Assembly: GCA_002633005.1 (NCBI GenBank)
Contig: NMRA01000172.1
Location: 486,348-550,347, forward strand
From: Phoronis australis
Taxonomy: Eukaryota; Animalia; Phoronida
Length of the DNA: 64,000 nt
Direction: 5' to 3'
The notes beneath the pieces were generated by a model that worked only from the letters and a program-made list of their open reading frames with translations, was not told where the DNA came from and searched no databases. Below are positions 1 to 11,325 of this stretch, in pieces (the stretch's first letter is position 1; each line of letters opens with the position of its first letter). The position numbers and the translations under genes are program-made.

Positions 1-203
1 TGAGAAACCCATGACTAGTAAAATGGTGTTTTTAGAAAATAAAGTGTAGAAAACTGAGAACAATCACTTAAAAACATGAAAAATGAAGTATAAGAAACAA
101 TGAATAACAGTTAACCAAGAACCTAAAATTCGCGCATCAAGAACGTTTACGTATGCTGTTGAAATAAAAGCACATTCAAATGTTATTCCAAAGAGTCGGT
201 CAC

Positions 204-3200
204 CTTTTTTCTCTCTTCTTCTCAGCTCTTCTTTTCGTCTCTTCTTCCTCCTCTAGCAGCGTTTTCATGTTTTCTTCGCTGACCGTTGCCTTAAGCGTCC
301 GATGAACTTCGTCGACGAGTGTTGTTAACTTCGCAAAGTTGCTTTCTAGAGCATTCTTGGGTATACATGTAGGTCGACCAAATGCCTTTGGCAAGTATTT
401 GTAAAAATCTAACACATCTGTGCATATAGACTGAATAAACCGCAAGTACTGACTCCATGGACTTTCCGTGCACGTTGCTCTGGTCTTTCTGTGAACATGG
501 TCGAAGGACTTAATGAGCACCTTGCAATTGGCAAACATCCACTGTTTCCCTACAGATGTCGTACTGGCAGAAATCGTCGCCGTGGTGGCGCACAAGTGAA
601 TTATATCCAGGTCGCCGACACGAGAATCCTCACTCGCGTACTTGCCCGATTTGGTGAGCATGTTCACTAGTATCTTACTGGCTTCTGACGTGATGTACAA
701 ATCTACGAATCTTTGGTCGTTGTGGAGAAGACAGAACGACAACAACAGGAGGCAACACTGTGCTAAAAGAACGTTGCTCGTCATAGAATTGTTGGGGAGG
801 GAGGGTGTCCTCAAGAGACACTCGAAAACACTAGACTCGAACAGCACGTCCCGGACGTCGGATATGAGAGCCATTGACACCACGTTTGCTATTATTGCAA
901 AGACGATTTCCGGATTTTTTACGCCTTTGCGTATGAGTTTAATTCGCCTCTGCAGAAATATAATAAAAGTTCGGCTTTGTGAGTCATTATTATACCATTA
1001 TAGATGCTAAATATTAAATGCTATTCTTCGTATCAATAACAAACACTAACTTGAGAGAGAAGCAACTATTATTTTGTCCTTGATCTCACGAATACATGTC
1101 AAAATGGCAGAGGTCTTTTGCAAAAGTACAACAGCAATAGTGATTTTGATAGTTCAGTGTATTTCGTTGAAACTGTAACCGCACAGAGATGCAAGTAGAT
1201 CATGGGCAAGCAGTGACTGTTGCAGGCATCGCAATTCGATACCTAGTGTTAAGCCAAGTCAAAGATTACGCAAGTCCACCGAGGGTGTTTCACGTTGTAC
1301 TCTTATGTTCGGCTACAATATGCTTTTTCAGGGACTTAATTTATCATATTTAGAACAGTGACGACACAGTGAATAGTTGTTAATGTTTGACGACCATAAA
1401 GTGATGCTATCTAAGATAGAAGTGGCCCAAACTTCACAACCTGGCTCTTTCCATTTCTTGTCAGTTTTTAGCATTTCTGTACCGGCCTTACTTTTTGAAG
1501 GCTCTTCCTTACCGTTCCTCGTCCCTCTCTTCCATTTTGGATCCGTCCTTCTCTTCAATAGACCATTCATAAGCTGGATGATAAAGCCTGTTGAGAGCGT
1601 TATCTAAACAGTTTTTATATTACCGTTTCAACGGGTTGGTTTACACGAAATGCTTAAACATGAAAACGTATCCCTGAGGACGGGGTATTGGTAGAAATAC
1701 CTTAAACAACGTTTCTTATGCCCCATGATAAGTCTAGCAGCAACAGGTGAACAGTGCATATACTTTATGACAGAGATTTCATTTGATACATGTACCTAGA
1801 CTTGGTCGTCTCTTACTTTGATGTGTTTCTGTATCTGTCCTCTCTGCATAATAACCGCGAGTAAATAATTGAAACACTCCTTAGTAGCATATATGAACGC
1901 CCAACAAATCGCTGTTAGTCCGTCCTGGAATAACAAATAATAAGCTATGAGCGCCGTAAAGTAGGTCTATCATCGAAAATTGACATCTTCAAATAAAACA
2001 ATACTGAACTTAAACACGATCTACATTTGAAGACGCACATCAAATTGCATTATTTTCATTTAAATTAGCTACGGTCACAAACTTAAATACCACTGCCGTT
2101 AGCTTTGTGGCAAATGAAGTACCCTTTTGTTTCTGAATTTTCATGGAGCTATCTATGATGGAAAGCAATTTTTCTCAACACCTTTTTAACTGTGAATTAG
2201 TGTGCTTAACTTGTAGTTTTGATGCGTACAAAAGAAGACTGGCGAAAAGTTTTGTTACGGCAAGATATGAATGCTGAAAAGCTTACACAGTCCTCCGAGA
2301 GAATATTAGCCTTTCCCTCCTCAACCAAGAACGTCGTAATTTCTTTGTGGTTACGTCCCGCTGAAAGCATCAACGCCGTGTACTTGTTCTTAAAAATAAA
2401 AAGTGCTATTACTAACACAAACGCTATCTTTATCTACGGAATTTTGCGTATTGCAGTTTACTAATCTAGTGATTTCTAACAGAGACGTTTCAAAAGAACT
2501 TATCAGGTCGCTTACTTCGAGAAAAAAATTGGAGGCACGTTTTACGGAAATTGACTTGTAAGTGAGGAGAATAAGACAGAAAAAGCAATCCAATTGTCAT
2601 CGAAGTCCTTACCTTTGTTTTCAAATTAACATCGGCACCCGCTTTCACGAGGACCTCCACATTGCCAGCGCAACCATTGAGCGCTGCGATCATCAATGCG
2701 GAAAATCCATCCTGTACGTAAAAAAGTCTTTTAAGAACAAAAACAAAAAGTAAGAATAAATGATTTTGGTGTTTGGTGTCTAAGGTTACAAATCTCAGGT
2801 TATCGCAGCGACACGTTTTCAACGTCAATTTCTGTTTGCCTCCATGATTATATCAATAATCAATTTTGGGTCCTTTTGGGCTTCTGTCGAGCATTTTCCA
2901 GAGTGAAAGTGTTCTTTCAAGGGTCATTCGAGGCTCATTGTGAGGGACACGAGTATTCATATTATATCGTTTACAGCGGATGGATCCAATGTCTTACCAG
3001 GCTGATATTTTGGTGTTTCTGGAAGGTGCATGTTTGAGCTACCACAATTTTGTGAATGTTTTACAGTTTCTGACACACTATTTCTGGAAGGCATTTTTGT
3101 GTCAAGATTACGTCATTCGATGATCACTGTGACAGAATTATTGATTTTAAATCAGTTTTGGTCGGTACCTCTAACACCTAGTGTTTTGTTTTCAACAGCA

Positions 3201-4559
3201 TTCCGTGGATGAGATTTTTGGGATTTCTGATGGGCCAAACCCAAAATGTATTTGTTTGTCATAAGCCATTTAGCTATCAGTGGTTTGCACTGAACCCTGT
3301 GCAATATTTTTATGTTGTAGCTAACTCAGTTTGACAGCCATTCTAAGACAACCAAAGTTACCCTTGAAGCATTCAGCTTTCACTGGCGTGATTTTGCGTG
3401 GAATAGTATAATCTTTGTTTCTGGGCAAGGAACTTGGTTTACGGAGCACACGCCTGGGTTCCATTCTCATGCAACATACTACTGAGACATTTCCGGAGAG
3501 ATCGAATTTTCTCCCGTGGGGCAACATTCTAGTTGCATGCAACAAAATGTTTATTTGAGCATGTGCAAAGAATTGGAAAACCACCAAGTAAATTATCATG
3601 ATGACACTAATACCTCATTCTGAAGGTCCTTCTTTGCCCCAGCGGATATCAGCGTTTTCACAACATCCGGGTCCGCTGAATGAGCTGCCTCCATCAAGGC
3701 TGTGGTGCATGCCTGTAAAGAATTGCGCAATATTGATATACAATAGAGCCATTTTGACTCACTTCTCAATGAGAAATACACGAGCACTCCAATTTCATCT
3801 TCGTCATTTTTTNTAAATCAGTTTTGGTCGGTACCTCTAACACCTAGTGTTTTGTTTTCAACAGCATTCCGTGGATGAGATTTTTGGGATTTCTGATGGG
3901 CCAAACCCAAAATGTATTTGTTTGTCATAAGCCATTTAGCTATCAGTGGTTTGCACTGAACCCTGTGCAATATTTTTATGTTGTAGCTAACTCAGTTTGA
4001 CAGCCATTCTAAGACAACCAAAGTTACCCTTGAAGCATTCAGCTATCACTGGCGTGATTTTGCGTGGAATAGTATAATCTTTGTTTCTGGGCAAGGAACT
4101 TGGTTTACGGAGCACACGCCTGGGTTCCATTCTCACGCAACATACTACTGAGACATTTCCGGAGAGATCGAATTTTCTCCCGTGGGGCAACATTCTAATT
4201 GCATGCAACAAAATGTTTATTTGAGCATGTGCAAAGATTTAGAAAACCACCAAGTAAATTATGACACTAATACCTCATTTTGAAGGTCCTTCTTTGCCCC
4301 AGCGGATATCAGCGTTTTCACAACATCCGGGTCCGCTGAATGAGCTGCCTCCATCAAGGCTGTGGTGCATGCCTGTAAATAATTGCGCAATATTGATATA
4401 CAATAGAGCCATTTTGACTCACTTCTCAATGAGAAATACACGAACACTCCAATTTCATCTTCGTCATTTTTTTCAAATTGGTCTTATCGACAAGTCTGTT
4501 TATTTAGTCAAAATCATCAAAACCATGGATTTGAACACACAAGCACACGCACACACACA

Positions 4560-4596
<37 letters not shown>

Positions 4597-5898
4597 ATTC
4601 CAAAAGTTGAAAGCCAACAGAAAATTCGCTTGATACGTTCAAGATAAAATCTCAAAAACACTACTGCAGTTTTCTGAATTATCATTTCGTTTCCTTTTAT
4701 GTGGACTTTCAGTAAAAATCGTAAAAATCTTATTGTTAGGTAGTCCTTCACACAAACGTGGAACTTTAATAAAGCTCAATTCCTCAACCTGGTTTGAAGA
4801 ACACTCCATAAAGCATGGTATGTTAAAGTGTCATATGAATCCGCTCATTCGTTTCTGAGATATGATGTTCCGAACTTGGACATTTTTCTAGGGTCTCACA
4901 TAAGGAATGTAGGCTAACGCCCGGTAGTATCTTCGGTGCTCCAAATCAATGAATTTGGCCTACTTCAAAGTTGTTTTTGTCGTCGACATAAGCATCGTGT
5001 CATTTTCACATTAATAGTTAGATACGGTGGCACCGGTGTGCATTCGAGCGTAAAATGAAACGTCCCGTGGAATTTGTAAACTGCTGTCCTGTTGTAGTAC
5101 GAGACTGGTTTTTGAGTAGGCCTGGTGGTTATTTCTGGACTATCAGTATGAGCTTTACTTAAGAATTTAACGTTTTACGAGTGTCCAATTTATTTAAACA
5201 CGGAAGTGAGTTGAGCAAAATCGCCAATCCAAATCCCGACCATGAGTTGCAGACGAAGTACTTGCCGGAAGTAAAGCGTGCCATGTCTGCCAAGTTTCGC
5301 TAGTGAATGATGACGTCACGGCTTAATCGTAAGATCACAGATTTCGTCCATTGAAAAGATACGGAGTTGGCGGTCCATGTACTATAGTCTATAATTCCAC
5401 GACGTCTAATCGATTTTTCGGCCTTCAATCATTTTCTAAGGAGCTGCAGACATCGTGTTCTGCGCAGTGTCCGATACACATGAGACTTCTGACCAATCAG
5501 ATACAAGCGTCCCCAGAGAGCACGCGCGGCTGACAGAAGTGAACAAACGTAATTCACAAAAGATGAGCATTACTCCCATGCTCATTCAAAAGTGGTGTGA
5601 TCCATTTTCTTTGTTAACGGTAACACCAAGAGAAACCTGGGGAAGGCCTACCGAACGCGATGCGCGTCACCATGGTCTCATCTTGCCTTCTGCATACCAT
5701 CAAGCATGGGGTCGACGGCGGTGGCGTTCTCGTGCGAAAGCCCTTTAAGTCACCAAGGTACCACAGAATGTACAAATAATAGTCACCAACGTTACTTACA
5801 TTGTACTTATGGTTAATGTTTGCCCCACTGTTGACCATTTTTCGGACGTATTTAGCGTCGTTGATACAGCAGCTAAAAATTAGTGACGTCATGCCATC
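204..5898 (-). CDS. Ankyrin-repeat protein, partial (3' part lies beyond the left edge); paralog of the ANK-pseudokinase-KEN gene at 11326-31050
   Basis: Phase-0 AG/GT-bounded exons, one ankyrin repeat each: 5800-5898 DGMTSLIFSCCINDAKYVRKMVNSGANINHKYN; 4274-4372 (duplicate at 3614-3712) ACTTALMEAAHSADPDVVKTLISAGAKKDLQNE; 2613-2711 DGFSALMIAALNGCAGNVEVLVKAGADVNLKTK; 2287-2388 NKYTALMLSAGRNHKEITTFLVEEGKANILSEDC; 1817-1924 DGLTAICWAFIYATKECF. Then a large exon 204-949 (RRIKLIRK...RDVLF...LLEEEEETKRRAEKKREK) ending at a GT donor. Start codon not identified. Confidence 0.85.
3148..4472. repeat. ~660-bp tandem duplication joined by a single N; probable haplotype/assembly false duplication containing one ankyrin exon
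   Basis: 3148-3812 and 3814-4472 are near-identical (a few SNPs, one short indel), and the junction is exactly the N at 3813. Confidence 0.85.
4535..4593. repeat. (CA)n microsatellite
   Basis: Imperfect then perfect CA dinucleotide run. Confidence 0.95.
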
Positions 5899-6396
5899 CT
5901 GCAACACAACAAGAACACATTCAATATATCTGCAAGCCTTCGAAAATTTAACAGCTTTGACGTATTAAACAATTTCCAATTCATTTAAGGGAAAACAGAT
6001 CGACTGGCCCTATGACGAACAATGCAATGAAAACCACCAAATAGGCCTATTACTTTTTAAGACCCTATTAGGGCACTTAACTTATTCTGAGAACGACCAG
6101 GTCGATCTTCACTGACATGTCGGTGAAATGAGCCGGCGGGAACGGGCAACTTTCTTAGTTTGCACTTGATGGCTCCAGATTTAAGGCTAAAAGTTCGAGT
6201 CTGATCTCGAAATTTCGAGTTTTTACTCGAAATCTCGAGTTTGTAGCTCGAATCCAGTAGGGGTCGTCAAATGCGAACGTGCACTGGAAACTTGTAAGAA
6301 AACCGTAATTTTCTCTGGTACAGACTAATAGCCACATGTCTTGAATTTGAGGAAGTAGACCGGTAAATTCTAACAGTAGTTTCAAATTTGATTTGA

Positions 6397-8677
6397 AGAT
6401 TAGACCCAAGGCCCTGAAATGTGTCAATTGTCCTTCGTTGCAACTTGTGCACTTACACCATAGTCATTCGGCCGAAACTTGATAAGCTCTTTTGCCAACT
6501 TTTGATTTCAAAAGTTGTGATAGAAGCAAACAACACACATCACAATCACCTAGAAATATTGTTGACGTTTTAAGTTGGCATTGTTCTCTTTAAGACTTGC
6601 CTTGTGATGATGAGGTAGTTAAATAGGTCATGGATCATTTAGTAAGCTCCACTCTCAATGGTTAATATCTGGCTAATATGGTTTACACTAATCAATGAAA
6701 AGCAAGGTCACATGTATAGAGCAACTTCCTGCATGCACGTTTCCAGCCCAGTTTCTTGGATTTGCTATCTAACTTTATATTGAACTTCTAGCCAAGAACT
6801 GATATTGCGTATAGTAGCTGACAGTATTTTGGAAAGGTGTAAAAAAAAGCCTGCAGTGAAATAAAACAAACACGTTTATTCAAGAACTCGATGCATTTGT
6901 AAAGGTTTTATATCGAAATTTGATGATTTATTGGTGTAAAACGATGAATTCAAGCGATAAGTTGACACACTAGTAAGCATGTTGTGAACGGCTGAACAGA
7001 CCGCGTTCGAACCGATTACGTCATTGGTTAATTTCAACACCTCGAGTCCGTCTGCCGTCAGGTGTAAGGTAAAACAACTGAACTTGCTGTAATCGAGTGG
7101 AACTACTCGATCTAAATTGATACATTATAGGTTGTTTTTGGGTGGCATTCTCCTTTGATATAATACATCATGTCTTGGAAAGACTTAAGATTTGAACCAA
7201 ATCTTATTAAAAACGAATCGTGTGCTTACAGTGTAGGTCCACATAAACTCATTGAACACTCTACAGCAATGCCTTTTAGGGAGGCCACTNCCTGTGCGTA
7301 CTCTGCCTCGTTATACTCGGGCTCAAACATGTACCCACCCACTGAATGTCCGTGAAAAAATTCCTCGTCACCACTGCTGTGAAAAAGGTCTCCGTCACTC
7401 ACACTACTGTCACTGTGATACGGGTCACCGACTCCAGCCATATACAGCTTACAGCACACTAAACAAACCCTAAATCCAACGTAGTTGAGTTCTCTACTAA
7501 CCTATCTTGCCGCAGAATACTCGCCGATAGAAAGTGGTGGCGACAATGGTTGAAAAACAGCACAAAACAAAAGTAGAATAGAACAGATTCGCACGGTAAA
7601 GTCAACGCAAAACCAAGTGGCGGGAAACGCTTGCCTCCTAAAACGTCACTTCCGGAGTAGCGGACGAGTAATTAATAAAATTACGATAAGCTGTAATTAA
7701 GTGGAAAATATGTCTAGGATAACCAACCAACCTTATTTTAGCTCAAAATGACATGGAAAAGGTTGCCTTCGCCTTTAAAGATTAGACCCAGGGCCCTGAA
7801 ATGTGTCAATTGTCCTTTGTTACAACTTGTGCACTTACACACCTTAGTCATTCGGCCGAAACTTGATAAGCTCTTTTGCCAACTTTTGATTTCAAAAGTT
7901 GTGATAGAAGCAAACAACACACATCACAATCACCTAGAAATATTATTGACGTTTTAAGTTGGCATTGTTCTCTTTAAGACTTGCCTTGTGATGATGAGGT
8001 AGTTAAATAGGTCATGGATCATTCAGTAGCTCCACTCTCAATGGTTAATATCTGGCTAATATGGTTTACACTAATCAATGAAAAGCAAGGTCACATGTAT
8101 AGAGCAACTTCCTGCATGCACGTTTCCAGCCCAGTTTCTTGGATTTGCTATCTAACTTTATATTGAACTTCTAGCCAAGAACTGATATTGCGTATAGTAG
8201 CTGACAGTAAGAGTATTTTGGAAAGGTGTAAAAAAAGCCTGCAGTGAAATATAACAAACACGTTTATTCAAGAACTCGATGCATTTGTAAAGGTTTTATA
8301 TCGAAATTTGATGATTTATTGGTGTAAAACGACGCATTCAAGCGATAAGTTGACACACTAGCAAGCGTGTTGTGAACGGCTGAACAGACCGCGTTCGAAC
8401 CGATTACGTCATTGGTTAATTTCAACACCTCGAGTCCGTCTGCCGTCAGGTGTAAGGTAAAACAACTGAACTTGCTGTAATCGAGTGGAACTACTCGATC
8501 TAAATTGATACATTATAGGTTGTTTTTGGGTGGCATTCTCCTTTGATATAATACATCATGTCTTGGAAAGACTTAAGATTTGAACCAAATCTTATTAAAA
8601 ACGAATCGTGTGCTTACAGTGTAGGTCCACATAAACTCATTGAACACTCTACAGCAATGCCTTTTAGGGAGGCCACT
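6397..8677. repeat. ~900-bp direct duplication (6397-7289 and 7779-8677) around a single-N join
   Basis: The two copies are near-identical. The first ends exactly at the N at 7290. Confidence 0.9.
7291..7774 (-). mobile_element. End of a putative Kolobok-type DNA transposon (TTAA target), with the start of an accessory ORF
   Basis: The minus strand reads TTAA|AGGCGAAGGCAACC (TTAA at 7775-7778). An acidic ORF start MAGVGDPYHSDSSVSDGD...GGYMFEPEY is cut at the N. The YMFEPE motif is, from memory, typical of the P2RX7-C-terminus-like accessory genes of these elements. Confidence 0.5.
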
Positions 8678-9052
8678 AAAATAATTTGGGCAAGGCTGCC
8701 TGCATTCTAACATGATTGACATTAAGCCTAACATTGGTAATCATGACCTTGAAAACGTCTGGTTACCATGGTAACGATACCCAATTCAGCTTAGTACACA
8801 AGATTCAATTCAATCTTGCCTGCTTTCTAACGTGAGTTTGCTGTCAAACCTGGAATTTCTGGTTTCAACTGGCAAAATAACTGGTCACCATGACAACGAT
8901 GCGTATTCCAGCTTGGCGACCCCTTAGTTTCAAGGGGGGGCCTGACTATCAGTACTTTGATCATGGTTTCCTGCTTCTAACGTGAGTTTGCCATCAAGCA
9001 TAAAATTACTGATTTTGGCCTGCTGACTAACTGGGCGTGATTAACTGATATA

Positions 9053-9466
9053 TCACCTGCATTGTTTTTTAAAGATGTAACCTACCGATCGAGCAGTTGA
9101 GTCCACATTAAGCAGCTCCAGTTCATCTAACTGGTCGTCGTCAAAAGTCACATACGGTACGATGTTTGTGGTTTTCCGAATTTTGCACAATTCTGAAACT
9201 AATTTCTTAAAATCGGCAAATTTGATTCCTTTTCCTTTGATAACCTTTTTCCTGACACATTTTAGAAAAACCGCATCAGTAGAATTGGCGCGTCCGTCTT
9301 TTGCCGTATTCGTGTTCAAACATCTTGTAGAACCTGATTGAAATGTATCTTTGAATTCCACATCTAGCTCAAACGAATCTTTGTCGTCATCTCCGCAGTC
9401 CCACCCGGTTACGGCAGAAACCCAACCGACGGTCGACATTATAAGCAATAGCTCTATAAAATTCAA
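9053..9466 (-). CDS. Orphan ORF, 137 aa, no recognised family (possibly transposon cargo)
   Basis: Uninterrupted ORF with protein-like composition (GWDCGDDDKDSFELDVEF...LKCVRKKVIKGKG) in a TE-rich interval. No homology recognised. Confidence 0.3.
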   Translation of the reverse strand: MNFIELLLIMSTVGWVSAVTGWDCGDDDKDSFELDVEFKDTFQSGSTRCLNTNTAKDGRANSTDAVFLKCVRKKVIKGKGIKFADFKKLVSELCKIRKTTNIVPYVTFDDDQLDELELLNVDSTARSVGYIFKKQCR

Positions 9467-9953
9467 ATATGACTAGCAAAAATTTAAACCGCTGATTATC
9501 AAACACTTTATGCTCTGAAAAACGTTGCGTTCGCAGTGAGATCTAAGTTATTATTTCTTGCATTTATTGCGTCACATATACAAATGTTTGACCGCACAAA
9601 CAAGACTAAACGATCATCATAGTTAAGAACGCGCACAGAGTGGCATTGTGCCGGAAAACGTGAAGTTTGAGATATTTATTTTGCACTATATCGTGACCAA
9701 AATTTTGTCGAGATTTACTCAGGTTGCGATGGCATTGGAGAAGAATCCATTGCTATGCAAACATGGAATCTCTTTGATCAGCTGCGGATCGTGTTCAACC
9801 AGAGAGAATATGCTTCATTTCTTGAGAAAAGGTGAACAACGTCAGGGTGAAATGAACAGTGTACGACTGCTGGACCAAGTTCTTCAAGACTCCTCTCTTT
9901 CAGTCATGTGTAAAGATGAACTGGTAAAACTTAGATATTTTTGCTGTCGTGAA

Positions 9954-10100
9954 TTACATATGACATAGTGCATACAAACACTCATTTTTGCACAACTCAG
10001 GTGCTGACGGCAAAAGTGATGCAACCGAGTGACTTTTAAAACATGAGCCACACCACCGATAAGTACGTTTTGAACAACCATAAGCAGCACCAGCAAATCC
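9954..10100 (-). mobile_element. Degenerate piggyBac-like C-terminal cysteine-rich domain remnant
   Basis: Minus frame reads AAYGCSKRTYRWCGSCFK...ELCKNECLYALCHM*, matching the C..C.K.T...C..C....LC...C....H pattern. The upstream frame is broken. Confidence 0.4.
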
Positions 10101-11325
10101 CCTGTTTAGTCCCATTTTATTGATGAAAACGCAGTACAGGAATACTTAGCCTTCATACAGCTAGCTGGTTGGCTAACAGTAAAGTTCCCTTCTGACATGA
10201 TCATAGATCGCCACCTGCTGCATCACATTGGTGAGCTACAAATAACATAGGTCGAGAAAATAAAACTTTAGTAACACAGGTGCCAGAGATGCACATTTCC
10301 GTTAAATCCAACTGGTTACTGCACTGTACACATACATATATAAGATGAAGGTAGTCGTCTTTGAACTTCAACAAAAACAATAATGCGCGTCAAAACACAG
10401 TCACGATTGTCAAACAAAGCTATTTCTTTCACTTGAATCCGCCTCGACTTTGAATTTACACACATTTTCCGAGTTTTATAAGTTTGACTAGTTTTCAGAC
10501 TACGCTGGTTTGGCTGCCTTCAGTTCTATATAATTCTGTACAGCATACGAAAATTACCGAGCGCTCTTTGGACGAAGTCTGTCGAGAAAAATGAGAACAC
10601 GCAAGACCATGCAAAATCGCGCGAGTGTTTCGCGAGTATACTCACTGGAGTAACCAAATAAAATGACGGCTACTGAAGTGATTAGTTGGTGAGACTGCAG
10701 TGTTGAATTATGGGATAGCATGCATGAATTATTAGATGTAACTCGCTGTTTCAGTTAAATGAAATTATCTCGCCGCAACTGTATTGTTTTCGTATTGTGT
10801 CTCGATGAAGATTTCATCAGAGATAATTACTTCAGTGAGTCGCAATAGCTTCATTTGACAACTAGGAGTGAGAATTACTTCTCTTTTCACGCGAGCGTGT
10901 TTGTTGAAGTTTGAAGATATTTACCTGTATTTCAAATGTAGCGTAGTACTGGTGGTAGTATAGAAGTGGATCGTTAGGATTTCGATCAAGTGTGGCTTGT
11001 TAATAGGACGACATTAAGAACTTGTTGTTTTCGCTGTCGAGAAAATCGAGAGAGATATTCATTTCCTTCGCTTTAGAGACCACCCTTGTTGCAACTTGAT
11101 GTCTCGTGTATACACTAACTGTGTATAAGTTGCTCACCATACAGGTCGCAGATATACGAAAGAAAAATCCTCTATCAGCACCGTTCACCAAGAACACCTT
11201 CGCATTCACCTAACGAACTTTGCAGATACATTTATATAGTGTATGTGTCATATGTTATCTTCGTTGTTACCCGTTGCGGACAGATTTGTAATGCTGCATT
11301 TGACAGCCTCCATGCTTACTTCCAG

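Noticed and set aside
1328-1570. 80-aa minus ORF as an extra exon of the left gene
   Set aside because: Exons ending at 1817 and starting at 949 already join in phase and match the paralog's junction. No motif supports this ORF.
7226-7459. 77-aa minus ORF as an intact protein
   Set aside because: It is chimeric across the N join at 7290. Only the part right of the N is meaningful.
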